Shown piece by piece: positions 8,893 through 16,789 of a stretch of 34,170 bases of DNA. The stretch's first letter is position 1, and the number at the start of each line of letters is the position of its first letter. Origin of the DNA: Bacteroidota bacterium. Its GTDB lineage: Bacteria; Bacteroidota; Bacteroidia; Chitinophagales; UBA2359. The translations under genes were made by a program, and so were the position numbers. Location of the stretch: NCBI GenBank assembly GCA_020631155.1, contig JAHDHV010000016.1, forward strand, positions 1 through 34,170, given 5' to 3'. The notes beneath the pieces are model-generated. The model searched no databases. It saw nothing but the letters and a program-made list of their open reading frames with translations, and was not told the DNA's origin.

Positions 8893-10185
8893 ATGAAAAG
8901 TTTTCGCATTAAAAATATAAAAGCTTTTAAGGATTCGGGGAAGATTGAAATAAAGCCGATTACTTTATTTTATGGCAAAAATAATACGGGAAAAAGCAGT
9001 TTAATTCGCTTTCCATTGGTATTAAAACAAACGATGCAGCGACCCTATGCCCCATTGATGTTTACAGGCATCCCCGAACGCCCTGATAATGTAGATTATG
9101 GCACTTATAAAGAAGTTGTGTTTAATAATGATGAAAGCAAACATATTGAGTTTGAATTGGAAGTGGATTATAGAAAAAATACCTTAAATTATTTAGTAAA
9201 TATTCAAAGAAAAAATGGACAACTTGAAGTGTTCTCTTATAAGGATAGGTATGAATCGTTGGAAGTAGAAGACGGTCAGTATATCTTCAGTGATTCACAA
9301 CTAACAAAGGAAGCAGTAGAAGTAGATTTTGATGGTTTTTTTCCAAAAGCGAGTCATTTTATTAATAAGCCAAAAACAGAAGATGGAAGGTTACTAGCTC
9401 GTCGTCATTCTTATCTAACTGACTTCTTCAATCAAATTTCTTACCTATCCACTTATCGTCCTAAACCAAAACGGCAATATCGTTTTAGTGATGTGGATTT
9501 CTCTAAATCGGGGGCAGAAGGCATTTATTGGGCAGAAATTTTGGGTTTTTATCATGAACAAAAAAATACCGCTTTTTTTGATGTACTTAATGATTGGTTA
9601 GTAAAAAATACAGGTTTAAGACTGTTGATTAAGGATTTGGGAAGTGTTTTTGAGATTATGGTAGAAAATATAAACACCAAACGAACAGATAATGTGGTAG
9701 ATATAGGCTCAGGATGGCAATTTCTACTACCTATTTTAATACAAACATTTGTTCATATTGAAAAAAAATCAGCTTCACCTTTTATTAAAATCATAGAAGA
9801 ACCAGAAATGCATCTGCATAGTTCGGTGCAAACAGCGGTTGCCGATTTATTTATTTGGGCAACACAAACGAATCCGCAAAATCGCTTTATGATAGAAACC
9901 CATAGTGAAAGTATTCTCTTGCGAACAGTTCGCAGGGTTATGGAATGGCTACAAACAAAAGGGGAAAAAGGCATTAATCCTGATGATGTAATTGTTTATT
10001 TTATTGAAAAAAGTGCCAATGAAGAAGAAGGTTCGAAGGTTACCCCTTTTAAAATTAATGAGAAAGGAATTTTGAAAAGTACTTTAGATGGTAGCATTAT
10101 GGATGAATCATTTTTTGACACTGATTTTGAGGAAGTAGTTGCCATTAACAAATTGCATGTATCACAGGCCGCGAAAAGTCAATAA
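8893..10185 (+). CDS. ABC-type ATPase (AAA_15/AAA_21-like, possibly with DUF3696-like C-terminus); module 2 ATPase, AriA/OLD-ATPase-like
   Basis: Walker A LFYGKNNTGKSSLIRF; signature-like IGSGWQFLLPIL; Walker B IKIIEEPEMHLH; H-loop MIETHSESILL; N-terminus MKSFRIKNIKAFKD. Confidence 0.75.
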   Translation: MKSFRIKNIKAFKDSGKIEIKPITLFYGKNNTGKSSLIRFPLVLKQTMQRPYAPLMFTGIPERPDNVDYGTYKEVVFNNDESKHIEFELEVDYRKNTLNYLVNIQRKNGQLEVFSYKDRYESLEVEDGQYIFSDSQLTKEAVEVDFDGFFPKASHFINKPKTEDGRLLARRHSYLTDFFNQISYLSTYRPKPKRQYRFSDVDFSKSGAEGIYWAEILGFYHEQKNTAFFDVLNDWLVKNTGLRLLIKDLGSVFEIMVENINTKRTDNVVDIGSGWQFLLPILIQTFVHIEKKSASPFIKIIEEPEMHLHSSVQTAVADLFIWATQTNPQNRFMIETHSESILLRTVRRVMEWLQTKGEKGINPDDVIVYFIEKSANEEEGSKVTPFKINEKGILKSTLDGSIMDESFFDTDFEEVVAINKLHVSQAAKSQ

Positions 10186-10188
10186 ACT

Positions 10189-11349
10189 ATGAATATTTGT
10201 ATTTCAGAAAATTTATGGAGGGCGGCTTTAACGGAAGAAGATACTTGCACTGTCATTGAAGAATTGCTACTTACTGTAAGAGCAAAAAAGCATAAGTTGT
10301 ATTTTGACTGGGACGAAGCTGTGCCTATTACAGAGTTGTTACAAAGTGATTTATTTGGTTTTTATAATCGAAGAATACTTAAAAAAAGCTATGAAAGATC
10401 ACGAACAGCTTTTCATTCCCTCGAAAAATATGTCTTAATCGTTCCTAAATCCTATATTGAGCAATGCAAAACGCAAGAGAATGTTAGGGCTTATTTTCAA
10501 GATCAAAAAGCAGTTAAAAGCAGCCCTGAACAAACGATTGAATTTATTGCTATTGAAGCTTGTCAACATTATTTATGCAGCCCTTTGATGATTATGGTGG
10601 AGGATGAAGAAAGTGATAAACTTTTTCTCAGTAGCATTTATCCTATTGTTATTCAATCAGTTAGCAATTTAGAAAATGCCAAATCCTTTGAAGAATTGAT
10701 TAAAGAACAGGAAATAGAGGTACTACATGGTGGAGGTACAGGTGTAACACAACGATTGAAGAATATCAAGTATCCTAGACGTGTTTTTTGCCTAATTGAT
10801 AGCGATAAATTATTTGAAAATGATGAAGGAACGGACGATACTAGAAAAAAACAAAGAGAAATCAACAATATTTGTAATCGAAAAGGCTTTGTTTTACATA
10901 TTCTCCACAACCGAATGATTGAAAATTACTTACCTGATAAAGCAATAAAAGAGTGGAGTAAAAAACAATCTCCTGTTATTCGACAAAACATAGCTAATCA
11001 CCCCTATTTTCAGCTAACAAGTACACAAAAAGCATTTTTTGATTGTAAAAAAGGTTTACTGCTCAAAGATTTTCAATATCCCGAAATTCAACAATCGTAT
11101 CTTGTACAATATCAACAAATACAACAAAATTCAGAACAATTTGATGCACTAAATAAGTTGATTCAAAACCAAGCTACAAAAGAAGATGGTAGCATTTTAA
11201 AAGTGAAAATTATTCAGGGCTTGAATCGGGAAATTTACAAAGCATTTAACGAAATCAAAAAAACTGAAAACCAAATCACCTCTGACAGTTTTGGAACGCA
11301 CCTCCAAGAATTAAAAGACATTTGCATAGCCATTCAAAGGCAGTTATAA
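10189..11349 (+). CDS. Module 2 partner (386 aa): putative Toprim-like (DUF4435/OLD-nuclease-like) effector
   Basis: Candidate Toprim elements MIMVEDEESDKLF (Glu), HGGGTG, FCLIDSDKLF (DxD); starts 4 nt after the ATPase stop; assignment by motif only. Confidence 0.45.
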   Translation: MNICISENLWRAALTEEDTCTVIEELLLTVRAKKHKLYFDWDEAVPITELLQSDLFGFYNRRILKKSYERSRTAFHSLEKYVLIVPKSYIEQCKTQENVRAYFQDQKAVKSSPEQTIEFIAIEACQHYLCSPLMIMVEDEESDKLFLSSIYPIVIQSVSNLENAKSFEELIKEQEIEVLHGGGTGVTQRLKNIKYPRRVFCLIDSDKLFENDEGTDDTRKKQREINNICNRKGFVLHILHNRMIENYLPDKAIKEWSKKQSPVIRQNIANHPYFQLTSTQKAFFDCKKGLLLKDFQYPEIQQSYLVQYQQIQQNSEQFDALNKLIQNQATKEDGSILKVKIIQGLNREIYKAFNEIKKTENQITSDSFGTHLQELKDICIAIQRQL

Positions 11350-11385
11350 CTCTATTAGAGTTTGGAGGTTGGTTTTTAGCCCTTT

Positions 11386-11450
11386 AAGTACTTAGACATA
11401 AGATGTGAGACATAAGACTTGAGATAGTTCATTCATTATTAACAGTTTAT
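11386..11450. repeat. Copy 1 of ~65-bp dispersed element AAGTACTTAGACATAAGATGTGAGACATAAGACTTGAGATAG...ATTATTAACAGTTTAT (second copy at 24060-24124)
   Basis: ~80% identity between the two copies, both immediately 3' of + strand stop codons. Confidence 0.5.
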
Positions 11451-11536
11451 GACAAGTTCAAATGTCATTTAATTTTGTCTAGTTACTTATTTTTTTAAAA
11501 AAGGGCATTAGTTTTAAAGTTTATTTAAAAAATAAA

Positions 11537-11574
11537 AACCTTATAACCTTATAACTTTGCAACCTTCCAAACCC
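11537..11574 (+). promoter_or_regulatory. Copy b of conserved upstream motif AACCTTATAACCTTATAACTTTGCAACCTTCCAAACCC, ends 25 nt before the NUDIX ATG
   Basis: Motif shared with 363-386 and 15677-15709(-). Confidence 0.3.
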
Positions 11575-11599
11575 TAATTTACACCAACATTTCACCACC

Positions 11600-12241
11600 A
11601 TGTACAAAATATTCATCAACGACATACCCGTTTATCTAACCGATGACAAAAAGCAAAAACCGACTACCAAAGCAAAATCGGTATGGCGGATTAAATACAG
11701 CAAAAAAACGGATTTACTCGCCACCATTCAGCTATTGGAGCAGCAACCGCCGATAGATGAGGTGTATATTATTACTGATAAAGTAAGCAAACTGTACAAA
11801 GTGTTTGCAGCGCATTATAAGGGCATTGTAGCGGCAGGAGGCGTTGTGTTTAATGAAAATGGGGAGTTGCTATTAATTTATCGCCGCAAAAAATGGGACT
11901 TGCCAAAAGGAAAGGTAGAGGAAAACGAAACCATTGATATGGCGGCGGTGCGCGAGGTAGAGGAGGAGACGGGCTTGAAAAATGTGGAATTGGGAGAAGA
12001 AATTTACATTCCTAGCAATCAATTTCATACGACTTATCACACCTATTTCAACAGCAAAGGTAAACGCATCCTAAAAACAACTTATTGGTATTATATGTCC
12101 TGTAATGGCGAGGCGCAACACTTAAAACCGCAATTAGAGGAAGATATTGAGGAAGTTCGTTGGGTGAATCCTCAACATATCGCTTCTTATTTAAATAATA
12201 CGTTTTTGTCTATTGTGGATGTCGTAAAGGCGTGTCTGTAG
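11600..12241 (+). CDS. NUDIX hydrolase
   Basis: Nudix box GKVEENETIDMAAVREVEEETGL (GX5EX7REUXEEXGU). Confidence 0.85.
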   Translation: MYKIFINDIPVYLTDDKKQKPTTKAKSVWRIKYSKKTDLLATIQLLEQQPPIDEVYIITDKVSKLYKVFAAHYKGIVAAGGVVFNENGELLLIYRRKKWDLPKGKVEENETIDMAAVREVEEETGLKNVELGEEIYIPSNQFHTTYHTYFNSKGKRILKTTYWYYMSCNGEAQHLKPQLEEDIEEVRWVNPQHIASYLNNTFLSIVDVVKACL

Positions 12242-12281
12242 AGACAATTCATGTAAAGACAACTCATGAATTGTCTCTACA
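12237..12281. terminator. 17-bp perfect hairpin TGTAGAGACAATTCATG-loop-CATGAATTGTCTCTACA between convergent genes (no U-tract; includes the NUDIX stop codon)
   Basis: Perfect inverted repeat between the 3' ends of two convergent CDSs. Confidence 0.4.
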
Positions 12282-12290
12282 CATACACAA

Positions 12291-13067
12291 TTAATCATCC
12301 GCAAGTCGGCTGTGTTGTATATTAACATCTTCACAGCGCACAGCTTCTTGTTGGGTGAGCTCGCTTGTCACTGTTAAACAAATATTATATATACCTTCTT
12401 GTTTATAAAGATGTTTTGGGTTGCGAGCATCAGAGAAAGAGCCATCACCAAAGTCCCAAATAAAAGCATCGTAATTGCCTGTAGAGGTATTGGTAAAGGA
12501 AGTCAATAAACCGCCTGTTTCATCTATAACTTCATGTAAATAACCTACTTCTAAGTCCATAATTGTTTGTTCACACTCCCCTTTTGTCCATGAATAAACC
12601 CCATGAAAGTCTTCTGCAACACAGCTATTAGAATAAGTTTGATTGTCGCAACCGCATACAGGCTCCCAAGTCCAGTCGCAAAGATCAGGGGTAAGGAGTT
12701 CAATGTACTGGCATTTGGTAGCTAGTACCTCTTTTGTTTGCGAGTGAATCATGGTCATGCAGGTTTGGTAGTAGCCCATTGCTTTATAGGTATGGGTAAT
12801 GGTTGCAAATTTTTTCTGTGTATTGATTTGTTGGTAGAATTTTTTGGAGGTAACACCATCGCCAAAATCCCAAAAAATATCTATGCTATCACTAGCGGCC
12901 GTAGGGTTATGATAAGTTACACTTAAACCAGCAATTTCATAATTGTAATCGCTAATGTATAGTGTGTCGCGCTCATCAATATTGTGCTTGCCGTCCTCTG
13001 CAAGAACATTGTTCTGAATCAATAGTAATGTTGAACACAAAATACCCAAATAGTAGCTTATTTTCAT
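12291..13067 (-). CDS. Secreted protein with two PKD-like segments (WDFGDG) flanking a Kazal-type serine protease inhibitor domain
   Basis: Signal peptide MKISYYLGILCSTLLLIQNNVLA; Kazal signature CDWTWEPVCGCDNQTYSNSCVAEDFHGVYSWTKGEC; WDFGDG motif twice. Confidence 0.7.
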   Translation of the reverse strand: MKISYYLGILCSTLLLIQNNVLAEDGKHNIDERDTLYISDYNYEIAGLSVTYHNPTAASDSIDIFWDFGDGVTSKKFYQQINTQKKFATITHTYKAMGYYQTCMTMIHSQTKEVLATKCQYIELLTPDLCDWTWEPVCGCDNQTYSNSCVAEDFHGVYSWTKGECEQTIMDLEVGYLHEVIDETGGLLTSFTNTSTGNYDAFIWDFGDGSFSDARNPKHLYKQEGIYNICLTVTSELTQQEAVRCEDVNIQHSRLADD

Positions 13068-13353
13068 GTGGATTGTATTTTTTGTATAATGTTGAGCTAA
13101 AAATGCTGTGATCTGATGTTTTTAAAAGGCGTGTTTCTATTTACATAGATGCAAATACTTGTATGAATAGGACAGCAATGCATGATTTTTTATAAAAAGG
13201 GCAAAAATATTTTGGGCTGCTTGTTGATGGAGGATAAATGTATTTGAAAATGTAAAAAATATTGTCCTTTGCAAGCATACGTAACATAAACAAAAAAAGA
13301 TACTTAACTAATGGAAGCTTTACTTTTTTATTACAAATATTGGAAATTTCCTA

Positions 13354-15639
13354 TTATTCAACTACAATTTTTTGAACATACTGCTTTCCTTTTTCCATAG
13401 TAATTTGACATAAATAAATGCCTTTAGACACATCTTTAATAGGAATAATACATTGTGTGAGGGCATTAGCAAAGCGTTTTTCCAATATTTTTTGTCCTTT
13501 TATATCAAACAACACTACTTGAACATCATCTTTGCTTAAAACGTTCCCGTCTGTTAATTCGATATGTAGCTGCGAATGAACAGGATTTGGATAACAAATG
13601 ATCTTGGGTTTAGGAGATGCTACTACTTGGGTATTTGTCATAAATGCTGCTTCATACCATCGCAAACCGCCTCTATAAGTGCCTACTACAATATCCCATT
13701 TACCATCATTATCTAAGTCTGCTATGGCAGGGCTAGTGCGAATACCTGTATTAATGCTGGAAAAAAAGTCGGGCGTTTCGGCGAATGAAGCATTTAAATC
13801 AACTTCTATATTTTCATAAAAAAATAATTTACCCTGTTCTGAACCTACAACAAGGGAATATTCGTTATCCGCCCATTCTATCAATTGCGGAATGGAGTAG
13901 CCTGTAGGAACACCTGTTATTCTTATATCTATCTCACCCCAAAAACCATTTATTTCTGTAAAAAGTGCAGCCGTAGTGGTGCCGGTATTTTCCCAGTAAT
14001 TGAGATTACCATTGCGTTCACCAATCACTAAGTCCAAGAGACCATCTCTATTTACATCTATCAATTGTGGCGCACTCGCCTTGCCAATGTCAATGCCTTG
14101 ATAACGCTCCTGTTGTAAAACAAACTCTGCATGACCTGTTGGACCAGGATTATTTTTAAAAAAGTGCAAAAAACCATCCTCATCACCAAGTAGCATGTCT
14201 TGATCGCCATCGCCGTCCAAGTCGCCAAAAGTCGGGCGAGCATTAGGCAAATCAACCTGTAATTGGTCGGAAATATTTGCCCAATCTCTACTGATTAGCT
14301 TAAAAGCAGGCGCGGTAGCTGTTCCTGTATTTTTAAATAAAGCCAAAGCAGGGAGGTAAGGAACATCTCCTTCTTCCTGCCAATAACCATAATTGCCTAC
14401 TACCAAATCCAGTAGACCATCACTATCGTAATCAAAAAAGACGGGATGCGCTGCTTTATCCACATCTATCATATTATCAATTAATAATACATCGCTTTGA
14501 AATTCAAATGTAAGATCAGGGCTTGTACCTTTATTTTTGTAATACCATACACAGTTGTAATTTTGCTGGATAATGGCACCAGGCAAGCGATTAGGTGAAA
14601 CTACTAAATCTTTTAAATTATCATTATTTACATCTACCAAAAAACTAGCAGGGAAGTTAGAGATTGAAATAGGTTTATCATAAGAAGGAAACTGGGTATC
14701 TTGTTCATTCATAAAGGCATAATCAGCCGTTCCATTATTTTTAACCATCAGAATATTGTTAGAGGCCAAATCGCCGAGCAACAATTCTTTGTCGCCATCG
14801 GTATCCAAATCTATAGCCAATAAGCTAGACCCAGCATGTGGATTATTTTTTTCATTTGAAAGTTTGGTCAATGTTGTATCACAACCCGTTTCCAAATCTA
14901 CAGACAGAAATTCAACAGGCATTCCTTCATAAAATTCGCCCCAGCATTTTGTATCTCTAACAAAAAGAAATTCACCACAGGTTTTGCCCTCTTCTTCCGC
15001 TTGATTTTTAAAATATTCTACATAACCACCCCCTTGCTGAAAAGTCAAAATATCCATATCACCATCACTATCCACATCTATCATAGCTGGTATATCAATA
15101 TTAGAAACAAAAATAAACTGCCGTTCTCCTTCTTCATTTTCAAATTGCAGCTTTTCATAAATCAACTCAAACGCCATTTGATCGCCCTCATATCGGCCTT
15201 TATATATACTACCACCATCATCATTATAGGTAAAAATATCTTTAATGCCATCGCAATTATAATCAACCAATAAAGCCCACTCTGATAAACTCGGAAAATT
15301 TTGCTGGTGTGCTGTGCTAAATTCGTAGTCTACTTGGTCGGTGCCGCCTTTGTGGAGGAAGGTAAAAATATGCTGGCCAGCTCGGTCAAATACAAAAAGG
15401 TCATCAATACCATCATTATTGAGGTCAACATTAGAAAATTGCGGATTATTCAGCCCGCCCATCCAGGGGAAAGCCAGTTTCCTATCCTCATCTACCGTTA
15501 CAGGAATATCAAAAACAGGATGAAATTCGCTTTGTGCAATAGCTGATTTATTGATGCCTATAAAAAGAACTAAAAATAATAATGGCATTACAATTGTATA
15601 GTACAGAAGTATTTTAAAATAAGTAATAATTTTATGCAT
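13354..15639 (-). CDS. Large secreted FG-GAP/VCBS-repeat protein with T9SS C-terminal sorting domain
   Basis: Repeated D-x-D/N-x-DG-x-xD-hh-hG motifs (DVNRDGLLDLVIG, DLDNDGKWDIVVG, DLDTDGDKELLLGD); C-terminal KIICYPNPVHSQLHIEL...KGIYLCQITMEKGKQYVQKIVVE typical of the T9SS type-A CTD; N-terminal signal/TM. Confidence 0.8.
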   Translation of the reverse strand: MHKIITYFKILLYYTIVMPLLFLVLFIGINKSAIAQSEFHPVFDIPVTVDEDRKLAFPWMGGLNNPQFSNVDLNNDGIDDLFVFDRAGQHIFTFLHKGGTDQVDYEFSTAHQQNFPSLSEWALLVDYNCDGIKDIFTYNDDGGSIYKGRYEGDQMAFELIYEKLQFENEEGERQFIFVSNIDIPAMIDVDSDGDMDILTFQQGGGYVEYFKNQAEEEGKTCGEFLFVRDTKCWGEFYEGMPVEFLSVDLETGCDTTLTKLSNEKNNPHAGSSLLAIDLDTDGDKELLLGDLASNNILMVKNNGTADYAFMNEQDTQFPSYDKPISISNFPASFLVDVNNDNLKDLVVSPNRLPGAIIQQNYNCVWYYKNKGTSPDLTFEFQSDVLLIDNMIDVDKAAHPVFFDYDSDGLLDLVVGNYGYWQEEGDVPYLPALALFKNTGTATAPAFKLISRDWANISDQLQVDLPNARPTFGDLDGDGDQDMLLGDEDGFLHFFKNNPGPTGHAEFVLQQERYQGIDIGKASAPQLIDVNRDGLLDLVIGERNGNLNYWENTGTTTAALFTEINGFWGEIDIRITGVPTGYSIPQLIEWADNEYSLVVGSEQGKLFFYENIEVDLNASFAETPDFFSSINTGIRTSPAIADLDNDGKWDIVVGTYRGGLRWYEAAFMTNTQVVASPKPKIICYPNPVHSQLHIELTDGNVLSKDDVQVVLFDIKGQKILEKRFANALTQCIIPIKDVSKGIYLCQITMEKGKQYVQKIVVE

Positions 15640-15676
15640 AAGCTTTGATGAATTGTTTTAAACTTGGAAAGTTTTT

Positions 15677-15709
15677 GGAGTTTGGAAGGTTACAAAGTTA
15701 CAAGGTTTT
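15677..15709 (-). promoter_or_regulatory. Copy c of conserved upstream motif (minus strand reads AAAACCTTGTAACTTTGTAACCTTCCAAACTCC), 38 nt upstream of the FG-GAP gene ATG
   Basis: Reverse complement of GGAGTTTGGAAGGTTACAAAGTTACAAGGTTTT. Confidence 0.3.
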
Positions 15710-16027
15710 AAAGTTTTTATTTTTTTTAATGAATTTTAAATCTAATGCTTTTTGTCTTGTTAGTCAAAAATATACAAAATTCAAAGAGGTTATTATTTTT
15801 TTTATCAATAAAATAAAAGGCGAAAAGTCAATTTAGCTCCAAACTCTAAAAAGTTTTAAGGTTAAAAAGTTGGAAAGTTTTATATTATTGGCTTTATATG
15901 ATTGGCGAAGTCCATATAATTTTTTTTAAAAAAAGTTAATTATCAATTACTTAGTCTAATCTCTGATTTCTAACAGCTATACCAAAAACAGTTTAGAATC
16001 GTAATTTTTTATAGCCAAAGCCTATAA

Positions 16028-16105
16028 GGTTTGGTTCGGCGCGAGGTGGAACCTCGCCCCTGTAATCTAGCAGGTGTGAGGCTTTGCCTCGCTCCGAACC
16101 AAATT
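16028..16105. other. GC-rich structured element. Outer 16/17-bp stem TTTGGTTCGGCGCGAGG / CCTCGCTCCGAACCAAA encloses two similar hairpins GCGAGG-TGGAA-CCTCGC and GTGAGG-CTTTG-CCTCGC; candidate small structured RNA or REP-like element
   Basis: Nested inverted repeats; GC content far above the surrounding 1.15-kb AT-rich intergenic region. Confidence 0.3.
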
Positions 16106-16183
16106 AGTAGCCTCTGGCTACACTGATAAAAACAAATAAAAAATTTAACAACTTTCGCTTTTATCCTGTTTTTGGTATAACAG

Positions 16184-16263
16184 CTAAAAATCTAAAAATC
16201 TAAAAATCTAAAAATCTAAAAATCTAAAAATCTAAAAATCCAAAAGTCCAAAAGTCCAAAAAT
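16184..16263. repeat. Tandem 8-bp repeats (CTAAAAAT x6, CCAAAAGT x2, CCAAAAAT) followed by a leader-like TCGAACTTCTAATTGCTAACCTCT
   Basis: Direct reading; same unit family as the 2111-2414 array. Confidence 0.85.
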
Positions 16264-16789
16264 CGAACTTCTAATTGCTAACCTCTATTCATTATGACGA
16301 TTGCAAACTATAAAAAAGATGGCTAAGTAAACCAATGTAATCAATTTTTGGTGTTTTTGATGTAATACATCCGCCAATTAGTTAAGAAATACACAAAGAA
16401 CTTAGCAGAAATAAGTAAATAGTGACTTTACTATGATAAATGTAGACTAAAATATAAGCGAAATAGTGTTAGCTTTTAGAAAGCTTGTAGAAGCATTTTA
16501 TGAATTGTTTTTACTGGAAAGATGTGAAGTTTTTTATATTTTAAGTTGATGATATTTTTTTTATTTAAAAGTTTGATAATCAAGTTAAAACCCAATTAAA
16601 AAGCTAATATCTGATTGCTGTTTACTGAAAAGCTAAAAGAAATATTGTTTTTTAGAAAAATTATAAGCCAATTCAGCATCTAAATTTGAATTTTACTTAT
16701 TTTTGTGACCATTTTGAGACATTTGTATTCCATTAAACCATTATATAGGCGCAGTCCTCAAGCCCCTACCAATCATTAACACAAGCTTT

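Noticed and set aside
15645-15836. 63-aa ORF in the long intergenic region
   Set aside because: Lys/Phe-rich low-complexity translation of AT-rich DNA that overlaps the motif-bearing promoter region of the FG-GAP gene; no support.
15640-16789. Possible Na+/Li+ (nhaA-I type) riboswitch in the antiporter leader
   Set aside because: I cannot recall the consensus well enough to match it, and the only structured element lies ~690 nt from the ATG. It is left as a generic structured-RNA candidate instead.
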